From the NCBI GenBank assembly GCA_963765675.1, contig CAVXXK010000001.1, positions 2,112,001-2,176,000 of the forward strand: a stretch of 64,000 nt of DNA, written 5' to 3'. The notes beneath the pieces are model-generated. The model was not told the DNA's origin and searched no databases. It was given only the letters and a program-made list of their open reading frames with translations. Below, piece by piece: positions 39,430 to 48,523 of this stretch. Numbering within the stretch: position 1 is the stretch's first letter; each line of letters opens with the position of its first letter. Origin of the DNA: an uncultured delta proteobacterium (lineage in GTDB: Bacteria > Desulfobacterota > Binatia > Binatales > Binataceae). A program made the position numbers and the translations under genes.

Positions 39430-39699
39430 AAAAACCTCCTCCTTGGCGGAAGTCGTTGCGAGTAAGCAAACTCGCGGCCAATGCGAGGCGCTCGAAGAAA
39501 TCGAGGATACGCGCGGATCGTGACGCTCCGAGCAAATTATTTTCTGCGCAGGATGCGAGCGACACCGCGTGTGGATTGCGCCGCGTCCGCGCGCAGCTGA
39601 TTTGCGGCCGATCGAAAATCGCCGCGCCAGTGCGGCTTTGCGCATGATCGCGAGGGCGATCGCTAATGCCACGGCTCAGGAAATTACGCGCGGACTTAT

Positions 39700-39716
39700 A
39701 GTTGCAAAATGCAACT
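39700..39716. promoter_or_regulatory. Palindromic operator AGTTGCA-N3-TGCAACT
   Basis: Perfect 7-3-7 inverted repeat; near-identical site at 40840-40856. Confidence 0.6.
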
Positions 39717-39750
39717 GATGTTTCGCAAAAAGTTCTTCGCGAGGTGCAAT

Positions 39751-39780
39751 AAAAAACGGGCGGCCATCTCCGGCCGCCCG
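39751..39780 (-). terminator. Intrinsic terminator after the quinone oxidoreductase gene
   Basis: Stem CGGGCGGCC/GGCCGCCCG followed by T6 on the minus strand. Confidence 0.75.
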
Positions 39781-39808
39781 CCTTGCAAAGTTCAGGTCGA
39801 AAATTCGG

Positions 39809-40774
39809 TCACGGGATCAACACCAGCTTGCCGACCGACCCGCGCGATTCCATGAAGCGATGCGCATCCGCCGCCTGCGCGAGCGCAAAGCTGCGCCCGA
39901 CCAGCAGCCGGAGTTTCTTCTGCTCGATCAGCTTGAACGACTCGTCGATTCCGCGCCGCATCACCGCGGGTTCGGCTTGCGCGGTGTACAAGATAAATCC
40001 GCTCACCTTCTGCGATTTCGGGAACAGCCGGAACAGGTTGAGCGGCTGCGGAACTCCGCCCGAGCGCCCGTACAGAATCAGATGCCCGAACGGCGCCAGG
40101 CAGGCGAGGCCTTGATCCAGCGTCGAGCCCACAGCGTCGAGCACCAGGTCGATACCGCGGCCGCCGGTCAACCGCAGCGCCTCGGCGGCGAAATCTCCGC
40201 TCGAGTAATTGATCACCTCGTCAGCGCCGTACTCTTTTGCGAGCGCCGCCTTGGATTCGCTCGACACCGTGCCGATCACGCGTGCTCCCGCGGCCTTCGC
40301 GATTTGCACCGCCACAATTCCGACTCCGCCCGCTGCGGAATGCACCAGCACCGTCTGCCCGGGCGCGGTGTGATGCGCGGTATGCAGCATGTGCCACGCG
40401 GTGAGCACCTGGATCGGGAAGGCGGCACCTTGCTCGAAGCTGAGGCCGGCGGGCAGCGGGATCACCTGGGTGGCGGGCGCGAGCGCGTACTCGGCGTAGG
40501 ATTTTGAGCCAATAAACGCGACGCGCGTACCGGGCTTGAACCCCTGCACGTCCGGACCAACCGCCTCGATCTCGCCCGCGCCTTCGAGGCCCGGAGTATC
40601 AGGCAGCTTCGGCTCCATCACGTACTGTCCCTGGCGAAACAGCGTGTCGGCGAAATTGATTCCGGCGGCGCGCACCCTTATTAGCACGGTGCCGGGCTTG
40701 GTTTCGGGCTTGGGCAGCTCGCCGAGATGCATGACCTCGGGGCCGCCGAGTTTGTCGAAGATGATTGCCTTCAT
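39809..40774 (-). CDS. qor: NADPH:quinone oxidoreductase (zeta-crystallin/MDR family)
   Basis: GGPEV, AAGINFAD, HSAAGGVG, AHRFMESRGSVGKLVL. Confidence 0.88.
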   Translation of the reverse strand: MKAIIFDKLGGPEVMHLGELPKPETKPGTVLIRVRAAGINFADTLFRQGQYVMEPKLPDTPGLEGAGEIEAVGPDVQGFKPGTRVAFIGSKSYAEYALAPATQVIPLPAGLSFEQGAAFPIQVLTAWHMLHTAHHTAPGQTVLVHSAAGGVGIVAVQIAKAAGARVIGTVSSESKAALAKEYGADEVINYSSGDFAAEALRLTGGRGIDLVLDAVGSTLDQGLACLAPFGHLILYGRSGGVPQPLNLFRLFPKSQKVSGFILYTAQAEPAVMRRGIDESFKLIEQKKLRLLVGRSFALAQAADAHRFMESRGSVGKLVLIP

Positions 40775-40839
40775 GATGGTCTCCTGTGCGGCGCGCAAAC
40801 GGTACCCGCGCCGCCGCATATCGCCCATCTAGCGAACAG

Positions 40840-40856
40840 AGTTTCAAAGTGCAACT
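40840..40856. promoter_or_regulatory. Palindromic operator AGTTTCA-N3-TGCAACT in the divergent qor/HxlR intergenic region
   Basis: One arm mismatch versus 39700-39716; lies between divergent genes, one a regulator. Confidence 0.62.
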
Positions 40857-40932
40857 ATACAGGCGTCGGTCTCGCGGCATTGGGGATGCCGCCGGGCGGA
40901 TACGGTACCGCTCGGGGGAGCGAATACATTCG

Positions 40933-41436
40933 ATGCGATGGCGTTCGGTCGGTGAAGTCAACTGCTCGGTGGCGCGCACGCTTTCCGTGATCGGCGAGCG
41001 CTGGACGATGCTTATCCTGCGCGAAGCGTTCATGGGGCGCCATCGCTTCGACGATTTCCAGCGCAACATCGGAATCGCGCGCAATATCCTCGCGACCCGC
41101 CTGCGCGCGCTGGTCAAAGATGGAATCCTTGAGCGCTCCCGCGCCGACGGTGAGCATGCGCGCGTCGAGTATCGCCTGACCAGAAAAGGGATGGAGCTGT
41201 ATCCGGTGATGGTCGCGATGCTGAAGTGGGGCGACGCGTGGCTGTGGCCCGCCGGCGATAACCGTCCGCCGCTCCAACTGGTGCATCGCGGCTGCGGCGC
41301 GAAGGCGATGCCGTCGCTGGTATGCCCGCATTGCGGAGACCCTGTAGGCGCGCGCGACATGATTGCGGTCACGCGTCGCGCGGCGCATCCTGCCCGCCGC
41401 ACCGACCGGATCGAGCGCCGTCGCGCCTCGCGCTAA
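40933..41436 (+). CDS. HxlR-family winged-helix transcriptional regulator
   Basis: CSVARTLSVIGERWTMLILRE, EYRLTRKG, WGD, C-terminal H..CG...CPHCG. Confidence 0.92.
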   Translation: MRWRSVGEVNCSVARTLSVIGERWTMLILREAFMGRHRFDDFQRNIGIARNILATRLRALVKDGILERSRADGEHARVEYRLTRKGMELYPVMVAMLKWGDAWLWPAGDNRPPLQLVHRGCGAKAMPSLVCPHCGDPVGARDMIAVTRRAAHPARRTDRIERRRASR

Positions 41437-41450
41437 ACTAAAGCGCCTCG

Positions 41451-42086
41451 ATGATCGATCTCGTTATATTCGACGCCGACGGCGTCCTGTTCGATTCCGA
41501 CGCGTCGAATGTCGCCTACTACAATGCGATCTATGCGCAGATGGACGAGCCGCCGCTCGACGCTGACGAGGCGGCCAAGGCGATCTCCTACGCGACCGAG
41601 CAGGTCTTCGCGCTGCGCACGCGCGGCGACGAAGCCAAGCTCCGCAGGATGAAGGAGATCGCGCGGACGCTGGATTCGGCGCCGTTCCTGAAGCTGCTCC
41701 GTCCGCCGTTCGAGCTCCGTCCGTTCATGCTCGAGCTGCGCCGCCGCTTCCGGCTGGGGCTTGCGACCAATCGCTCGGGCACGGTTCCGGCGCTGGTCGA
41801 GCATCTTGACCTGGCTGATCTCTTCGACGCGATCGCCTGCGCTCGCGACCGCGTGCGGCCCAAACCTGCACCCGACATCCTGAACCTGTGCATCGAACGC
41901 GCAGGAGTGCCGCGCGAGCGCGCGATATACGTCGGCGACAGCCCGATCGATCGCGTCGCGGCGCTGGAGGCGGGGGTGCATTTCATCGCGGTAGGACCGC
42001 GCGTCGAGCACGACCGCCGCATCGCAAGCATCGCGGACCTGCCCTCTGCACTCGATCGTATGTTGGTCAAGCTGACTGCGCCCTGA
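41451..42086 (+). CDS. HAD-superfamily hydrolase (phosphoglycolate phosphatase-like)
   Basis: FDADGVLFDS, KPAPD, YVGDSPID. Confidence 0.9.
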   Translation: MIDLVIFDADGVLFDSDASNVAYYNAIYAQMDEPPLDADEAAKAISYATEQVFALRTRGDEAKLRRMKEIARTLDSAPFLKLLRPPFELRPFMLELRRRFRLGLATNRSGTVPALVEHLDLADLFDAIACARDRVRPKPAPDILNLCIERAGVPRERAIYVGDSPIDRVAALEAGVHFIAVGPRVEHDRRIASIADLPSALDRMLVKLTAP

Positions 42087-42139
42087 GCGCGCGCAACTCA
42101 TCGGTGCGCCCATAGGAAGGGTCTGCTCTTGCGGCTGGC

Positions 42140-42331
42140 GAGATTCCTCGCGACATCTGCCCCGCAACATGAAGCACACGAAGCTATACGCGCTGTCTGA
42201 TCGCGCTCGGAGTGACACCGTTCTCCGAATTCTGTGCGACTTCCCGAAGTTGTTGTCATTCCGAGCGCGAATACACAACGCGTGTCGCGTCATGCGTAGC
42301 GCGACGAGTGACGAGCAGCGCGAAAAATCTC
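42140..42331. repeat. Divergent doublet of 77-nt GTCAT-family units with 49-nt internal inserts
   Basis: Unit 42140-42216 (minus) and unit 42255-42331 (plus): GTCAYTCCGAGCGCG-N49-CGCGARRAATCTC. Confidence 0.85.
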
Positions 42332-42363
42332 GCCCTCGGCACGGGCACACGCTTTGGTGATGC

Positions 42364-43803
42364 TCACGCCGCGAGCTTCGAGGTGGCGCCTTCGACGACC
42401 GTTCCCGCGAAGAAATCCGGATTCGCTGCCAGATGCATCCGTGCGGGGTAGGTGAAGACGAAATCGCGATAGTCGGCGTCGGTCAGGATTCCCTTGTCCA
42501 CCAATTGATGGCTTTCGAGCAGAACGCTCGCGATATCGGGAACGTCCCAATGCCCGATATCGGAGCTGAAGATCGGTTGCAGGCGCGTGCGCTTGGGATT
42601 GGCGCGCGCGTCGAGCGCGCGGAACACGCTCGGATCGTCGGCCTCGCATCCGAAGAAAAATTTGCCGAACATCCGAGCGAAGTCCGCCTCGTCGCGAACT
42701 CCCGTCGCCGCCCATTCGTCGCGATCGGCGGCGCGATCATGGCGCGCGATACCTTCGTCGTACGCGCGGCTCATCCCGGCCGCGGTCGAAGCGTCAACGA
42801 AAGCCGCTCCGCCATATTCGCGCAGAAGGCCGTGCAGCTTTGGCCGATCCAGCAGTGCGGGGTCATAATTCTTGAGCCCTTCGAGATTGCGCTTTTCCCA
42901 ATGCTCTTCGAGCGAGTGCAGCAAATCGACCGCCCATCCCGCTCCGCATTCCAGGAATCCAAACGCCAGATCAGGAAAACGCGCGGGAACTCCGCCGAAG
43001 ATAAGCGAGCGGCACAGTTCGCCCTGCTGATACGAATGGCCCCCGATATGATTGAACATGTAGTTCGACGGTGAGCGGCGCCCGAGCGGCAGGTAGCGCA
43101 GTCCTACGCCGCCGTGAGAAGTGACGGCGATGCGCAGCTCGGTGAATTTGCGCCACACCGGATCGTAGTCGTGGAAGCTGTCGAGTCCGTAGTTGTCGAA
43201 GTACGCGGCGTTCGGAAACGCGTCGGGCGCCTTTTCATCCAGGACGGGAATCGGGCGCGCGACTCCGGGCGGAATCATCGCGACCTTGAGCCCGAGCCGC
43301 GACGCATACTCCAACTCCGCAATCGCCTCGGCGGGCGTATGCATCGGAATCGCGGCGGCGGGCACCAGCCGATCGCGGTAGGCGCCGCAGATCTCCGCGT
43401 TCATCGTGTTGAGCGCGCGGCATGCCGCCCGCCGCACGTCGGCGTCGTGGATCGTCGGGAGCGCCAGCCCAAGCGTCGGGTACATCACGGCGAAATCGAT
43501 TCCGATTTCTTCGAGCCGGTCATGCAGCAGCCGCGGCGCCATCACGGTCGCGAGGTCGTAAGCGTTGTTGCCGATTCCCCACCATGCGCCGCGCATGTCG
43601 CCCGAGTCGCGACTCCCGCGCGAACCGGTAGGATGCTCGCGCAGCTCGGCGCGATAGCGATCCGCCATCTGCGCACCGCCGATTTTGGTCAGGTAATGAT
43701 GAAACAATGGCTGCGGCTCGATCAGATGTCCGTCCGCGTCGATTACCGGATGGTCGAGTTTCGCCCGCAGCGCTTTTACGCTTCGAGATTTGTCCGATTC
43801 CAT
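42364..43803 (-). CDS. Amidohydrolase family protein
   Basis: VIDADGH, IDFAVMYPT, GFLECG, FSSDIGHWD. Confidence 0.88.
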   Translation of the reverse strand: MESDKSRSVKALRAKLDHPVIDADGHLIEPQPLFHHYLTKIGGAQMADRYRAELREHPTGSRGSRDSGDMRGAWWGIGNNAYDLATVMAPRLLHDRLEEIGIDFAVMYPTLGLALPTIHDADVRRAACRALNTMNAEICGAYRDRLVPAAAIPMHTPAEAIAELEYASRLGLKVAMIPPGVARPIPVLDEKAPDAFPNAAYFDNYGLDSFHDYDPVWRKFTELRIAVTSHGGVGLRYLPLGRRSPSNYMFNHIGGHSYQQGELCRSLIFGGVPARFPDLAFGFLECGAGWAVDLLHSLEEHWEKRNLEGLKNYDPALLDRPKLHGLLREYGGAAFVDASTAAGMSRAYDEGIARHDRAADRDEWAATGVRDEADFARMFGKFFFGCEADDPSVFRALDARANPKRTRLQPIFSSDIGHWDVPDIASVLLESHQLVDKGILTDADYRDFVFTYPARMHLAANPDFFAGTVVEGATSKLAA

Positions 43804-43910
43804 GGGCCGCACACTCCTGAGGACCGGCGACAGAGCCCCTCGCCGCAATGAGCGACCGCTAGCGCGCGCTATCTCGCGCTGTCAAGGGCGAGTCTTGCGC
43901 CCAGAGATAC

Positions 43911-44159
43911 TCAGATCGGGCGATTCGGGCGCGGGCTGGTCTGCGTCGGGTTGTCGCCGTCCACAATTCCGCTCCTGCGCGCGCATCGCAGATGCATCGG
44001 CGGCGTGCCCGTTACCTGCGCTCCGAAGCCGAGCATCAGATGGCATTGGGGACAGTGCTCTGACGCGAGCCTCCTGATTGACAGGCAGGCCGGATGCCCG
44101 CACGAGCCCCGGCATGGGCCAGCAGGTTCGCCGGGAGTTGCGATAGTCAGAATTTCCAT
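43911..44159 (-). CDS. Small Cys/His-rich hypothetical protein (possible zinc binder)
   Basis: GGAGG RBS; CRGSCGHPAC, CPQC, HLRC in 82 aa. Confidence 0.6.
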   Translation of the reverse strand: MEILTIATPGEPAGPCRGSCGHPACLSIRRLASEHCPQCHLMLGFGAQVTGTPPMHLRCARRSGIVDGDNPTQTSPRPNRPI

Positions 44160-44552
44160 TGCCCGGTACCTCCACGAAAAGATCGAATCGTGGCGAGCAG
44201 GATCGTCGGTGCCGCGATTTAGGCCGCGCTCCAAAGCGCGGGCCTGTGGGTCATATGACGTATCTGGCGCAACTGTCGTTTCCACCCCACCAAACTGTAT
44301 TGCTTTATACCATTAGGAGCAAATAGTAGCCAGAGGACGAAAATCTGTGTCCGCGCTGCCACAAACTGCTCATCGGAACCTCGGCGAGGGCGACCTTCGC
44401 ACGCGGAGCCGGCGTCGGCGGACGCGCGTTGACCCTCACGGCGCTAACTGGTACGCCCATTACAGGGTTGTTGAAAGAGCCGCGGACCTACAAATCGTGC
44501 CGGACGCCTTGAGAAACAGGCGTCGCGCGCCCTCAGCGCCGGGAGGTGACCC

Positions 44553-45881
44553 ATGAACCGCGCGCTAATTCTCACGATCGCAATCACTTCGTTGATCGTC
44601 GGCGTCCAGTCGGCTTTCGCGGGCGAAATGAAGCCGGAACCGGCGGTCCAGCGGGCCAAGCCCGGCGATCACATCACGGCGAAAAATGCAGCCAAGGTCG
44701 CCGACCTGGTTAGTCCCGGCAACTATGTGCTCGTGCGCCAGGGGATGGAAATGAATATCGTCCCGACTAAGGAATACAACTGGCCGGCTCCGTTCTGGAG
44801 CTCGACTGAGCAATATTCTCCGCAGGTGAAGCTCGGACCCAATGGCGAGTTGACTAACTATCTGGCGGGACTGCCGTTTCCGATGATCGATGCGAACGAT
44901 CCGAATGTCGCACAGAAGATCATGTGGAACTTCCAGTTCGGTCCCTCGTACACCGACGATCTCGACGCGCAGGATGCCTCGATCGCGAACTACGCCCCGG
45001 ATGGTTCGGGAGAGCCGTGGGCGGTTTATCCGATTGGGCACATAGCCGTTTATCGCAATGCCGGGCGCGAGGAAGTAGCCCCGGCGCCTACTGACCATGA
45101 CGGCGATACTGGGATCATGGAACGAATCGCGCTCGGACCGATTATGGTTCCGATCGAGCCGCCGTTCTGGCAATCGCCCTGGACCTCGATCGTGCGGTAT
45201 CGTTACTCGAGTCCGAAGAGGTCGGATCTGGCCTGGTCGTCAATGGGCGGTAACGACTACTGGCCGGGGCCATACCTCATGCCGGACTATCTAATGGAGA
45301 ATTCGTTCTTCGGCAATCTGGATATGGACTCGTTATTCGGCTTTGCCGGAAAATTCCAGAATTTTGATTTCAAGTTCCTGGGCGAGCGAGAGATGCTGGC
45401 GGTGGTGCACGCAAAGGATCTTCCCGCCAAGTCGTGCCAGGCCGACGGCGGCCGCACGATTTGTCCCGAGAATTGGGAGCTGCGCCATGTGTACGTTATC
45501 GAAGCCGACGCGCGCAGGCCCAGCCGGTTTGGCGATATTCCTCCGATCGCCAAAAGGATCTTGTACATCGATTCCGAAGGATGGTTTATCACCGCGTCGG
45601 ACCAATATGACCATGGCGGCCAGCTATGGAAGACGCTTGTAGTCTTCAACACGGTACGCGGCCGCGAATACCCGAACTCGAAGGCGGCGGTCTATTCGTT
45701 CGATCGGCTGTTTCAGACCGCGATGGTCGATGAAGACGTGCAAAGTGGCTATTCGACTATACTGTTCACACCCAATCCCGAGCGGCCGCAGCACGATACG
45801 TGGTTCATCAACCAGGGCATAATCTCGCAGCGCTGGATCGTCCCGCAGCGTTTCACTACGCATCGGGAATATTTCTATTGA
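44553..45881 (+). CDS. DUF1329-family protein, second paralog
   Basis: KPGDHITAKNA, YLAGLPFP.ID.NDP..QKIMWN, WELRHVYVIE, YDHGGQLWK; clear similarity to 38101-39429. Confidence 0.82.
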   Translation: MNRALILTIAITSLIVGVQSAFAGEMKPEPAVQRAKPGDHITAKNAAKVADLVSPGNYVLVRQGMEMNIVPTKEYNWPAPFWSSTEQYSPQVKLGPNGELTNYLAGLPFPMIDANDPNVAQKIMWNFQFGPSYTDDLDAQDASIANYAPDGSGEPWAVYPIGHIAVYRNAGREEVAPAPTDHDGDTGIMERIALGPIMVPIEPPFWQSPWTSIVRYRYSSPKRSDLAWSSMGGNDYWPGPYLMPDYLMENSFFGNLDMDSLFGFAGKFQNFDFKFLGEREMLAVVHAKDLPAKSCQADGGRTICPENWELRHVYVIEADARRPSRFGDIPPIAKRILYIDSEGWFITASDQYDHGGQLWKTLVVFNTVRGREYPNSKAAVYSFDRLFQTAMVDEDVQSGYSTILFTPNPERPQHDTWFINQGIISQRWIVPQRFTTHREYFY

Positions 45882-45960
45882 GGGTGAGTTGGCGTGGGCG
45901 GAGCGCACCCTGATGGATGAAAATCGGATGGCGTCGCGCGGAGGTGCTTCTCAGGCAATC

Positions 45961-46128
45961 GACCTAACCCCTGTCCCCTTCCCGCACGGGAAGGGGAACA
46001 CCGGTCGCAAGGGCTGGAGTGGTCTGGCAAATTCCCGCCGTCACTAGCGACGCTTCGGTGCCAGGGTTGTCATCGAGGTTCGGTTTCTGACTCCCCTTCC
46101 CGTGCGGGAAGGGGTCGGGGGTTAGGTC
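45961..46128. repeat. Inverted pair of CCCCTTCCC/GGGAAGGGG palindromic repeats
   Basis: GACCTAACCCCTGTCCCCTTCCCGCACGGGAAGGGGA mirrored by TCCCCTTCCCGTGCGGGAAGGGGTCGGGGGTTAGGTC between convergent genes. Confidence 0.82.
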
Positions 46129-46226
46129 GGTCTTCTTGGCTCTGCTCTGCAACCAGGTTCATTTTCCCGTATTGCCTGATAGGTGCAGTGATTTTCTCGA
46201 GAGGTGCGCCCGGACGCGCGGCGCTT

Positions 46227-46679
46227 TCAGCCCATGACGACGTTGCCCAGGAACTCGCGCGTGCGATCGAGATGGCGCTTCAGATACGCGCGCATCAGGC
46301 GCGCGACCGCGTCGTCGAGACGGCCGAGTGCGAGCGCCCCGGCGAACTCCGAGATGGCCGCTTCCATCGCGCGATGATCTGGCGGGTCCATTTTCGCGGC
46401 CTTTAGTCCGCGACCGATCGCCTTTTTCAAATCGCCGAGGCCGCGACCGAGATGCTTTGGCGCCAGGCGCGCGAGCGCCGTGAGCGTCGCGCGCAGGTCC
46501 TTCAGCTCGGCGGCGTTGTAGTCGGCCTCGCGATCGTAGACCGCCGCCGCCCGCGCGAGCATCGCCACCACGTACGCCGCTTGTCCCTGTGCATAGGGAG
46601 AAGTCAATTCGGGCATCAGGATTCCGCCCACGGTTCCCTGCAGGCTCGTCAGCAATTCCTTGATCGTTGGTCGAAGCAT
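46227..46679 (-). CDS. Hypothetical helical protein downstream of the phosphotransferase
   Basis: ORF MLRPTIKELL..., 15 bp from the APH-like gene on the same strand. Confidence 0.7.
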   Translation of the reverse strand: MLRPTIKELLTSLQGTVGGILMPELTSPYAQGQAAYVVAMLARAAAVYDREADYNAAELKDLRATLTALARLAPKHLGRGLGDLKKAIGRGLKAAKMDPPDHRAMEAAISEFAGALALGRLDDAVARLMRAYLKRHLDRTREFLGNVVMG

Positions 46680-46694
46680 CGCGCTCGCAATCCC

Positions 46695-47699
46695 CTAGAT
46701 GAGCTTCAGTTGCAGCGCCAGGTCGTCGCACAGCGGCGCGAGCAGTTGTTCCAGAAACGGCATCTGCGCGTCGGCGGTGCGGCCTTGGGTGAAGTCGCAC
46801 ACGCCGGTCAGGCAGATCGTCGCCATCTTGGCGTTGCCGAGCACCTGGTAGAAGAACAGCCGCGCGCGATCGACACTGCGGCCGGTCTTTTCCTCGTACA
46901 GGCGATAGAACGCCTCGCGCTCCATCAGTCCGGCGGCAACTTCGCCGCGTCCCCAGAACATCATCGACGCCCACGCGAGGTCTTCCATCGGATCGCCGAG
47001 ATGCGTCATCTCCCAATCCAGCATCGCGAGCATCCCGCTGTCGTCGTAGAGATAATTTCCTGAACGATAGTCGCCGTGCACGATCACGACCCGATCGGTG
47101 ACGACCGGGTTGGCGGCGAGCCACGCGAACGCCGCGTCGAGGATCGGATAATGCTCGCCCATCCGGTCGCGGTCGTAGATTTCGCGCCAATGCGCGGTCT
47201 GGGCGCGTGCGGAATCGGCCAGGTCTATAGGTTCGCCCAGGAACTCGAGTCCGAGCGCGTGATAGTCAAGTGACTGGAGCTTGGCCAGCTCTTCGAGAAA
47301 TTGATGCGCGACTTTCTCGCGCAACGCGGCCGGCTCGGTCTCGGGAAATGCGCCGCCCGACGTTCGTCCACCCGCGCGATGCATGATGAAGAACGGACGA
47401 TCCATCACCGCCGGATCGAGCTCCAGGTACAGCGGTTCGGGCACGCGCAACCCGGCGCGGTACATTGCTTCGAGCACGCGAAACTCGCGCTCGCGATCGG
47501 ATTTGAGCAATCCTCCCGTCGGATCGCGCCGACCGATTAGCGGTCGCGAGCGCGGCTCGCCGCCGTCGTTCCATTCGAGCTCGAACGCGTAGGTCTCGCG
47601 CGAGGAGCCGCCGGAGATACGCTTGAGTCCTTGCACGCGGAGGTCTTCCGCCTGCGGCATCGCGCGCTTCAGATATTCGGTTAGTCGTGGATGGTCCAT
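46695..47699 (-). CDS. Aminoglycoside/choline phosphotransferase (APH) family protein
   Basis: GGSSRET, VHGDYRSGN, LDWEMTHLGDPMEDL. Confidence 0.92.
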   Translation of the reverse strand: MDHPRLTEYLKRAMPQAEDLRVQGLKRISGGSSRETYAFELEWNDGGEPRSRPLIGRRDPTGGLLKSDREREFRVLEAMYRAGLRVPEPLYLELDPAVMDRPFFIMHRAGGRTSGGAFPETEPAALREKVAHQFLEELAKLQSLDYHALGLEFLGEPIDLADSARAQTAHWREIYDRDRMGEHYPILDAAFAWLAANPVVTDRVVIVHGDYRSGNYLYDDSGMLAMLDWEMTHLGDPMEDLAWASMMFWGRGEVAAGLMEREAFYRLYEEKTGRSVDRARLFFYQVLGNAKMATICLTGVCDFTQGRTADAQMPFLEQLLAPLCDDLALQLKLI

Positions 47700-47725
47700 G
47701 CCTCTATTGTGGCGCGCCTCCGGAG

Positions 47726-48514
47726 CTAAGGTGTCGTCGGAACCGCGGGCGGCACGGTCAGCGTGTTGGGTGGAGCAGCGGGCGAACCGCTACCAGCGGG
47801 CACGCCGGGCGGCGCGGCCGCATTCATTTGATCGACAGAGGCCTGTAGCTGGTCAGCCTCGGCATTCTTGCCGTGCGCGCGAAGCTGGCGCTCGACGGAC
47901 GCCGCGTCGTGACGGAAGTCATCCATCTGCGCGGCGCTCGGCGGTGCAGTCGCCGCGACTGCAGCGAGGGTCTGTTGCGTGAGCTGTTGCAATTGCTGCG
48001 AGAGTACATTTGGAGAAGTGCCCGCACCCGGCGACGCCGCAGGCGAGGGCGCGGTGGCCTGCATCTTTGCGAACAGGTTGGCGTAGCGTTTGGCGATCGT
48101 CGTCGGCCCGAGGCTCGATTCGAACAGCGCCGCCTGGCTCTGATTCGACGCGCCGTAGATGACCGCACCCTCGGGCGCGTACGCGCTCGAGAGATCCCGA
48201 TTCTCGAGTTCGAGCGAAGGGCCGACGCCGGTGCCGGACAGGATCAGAATTGAATCGACGCGCACGCTCTCCGAATATCCCGAGTTGATCGTAATCGCGG
48301 CCTGGGAGTCGCCGGTGGCAAGCGGCGTCACTCCTGTCACGGTGCCGATAGTCGTGCCGCCATGGATCACAGGATCGCCGGGACCGAGGCCGTCGGGCGC
48401 GTCGAGCACGGTCGAAAAGTGCGCCGGTCCGGCGCATGCCGAGAGCGCGAAGGCGAGTACGATCGCAATCGCGCAGCCGAAACTCCGCGCGACGATTGCC
48501 AGGATTTTGCGCAT
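47726..48514 (-). CDS. MlaD/MCE-domain lipoprotein
   Basis: Lipobox LSAC; DAPDGLGPGDPVIHGGTTIGTV. Confidence 0.78.
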   Translation of the reverse strand: MRKILAIVARSFGCAIAIVLAFALSACAGPAHFSTVLDAPDGLGPGDPVIHGGTTIGTVTGVTPLATGDSQAAITINSGYSESVRVDSILILSGTGVGPSLELENRDLSSAYAPEGAVIYGASNQSQAALFESSLGPTTIAKRYANLFAKMQATAPSPAASPGAGTSPNVLSQQLQQLTQQTLAAVAATAPPSAAQMDDFRHDAASVERQLRAHGKNAEADQLQASVDQMNAAAPPGVPAGSGSPAAPPNTLTVPPAVPTTP

Positions 48515-48523
48515 CAGCCGCAC

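Noticed and set aside
44460-44530. Hairpin GACGCCT-N8-AGGCGTC upstream of the second DUF1329 gene as a riboswitch
   Set aside because: No recognisable riboswitch consensus and no terminator U-tract
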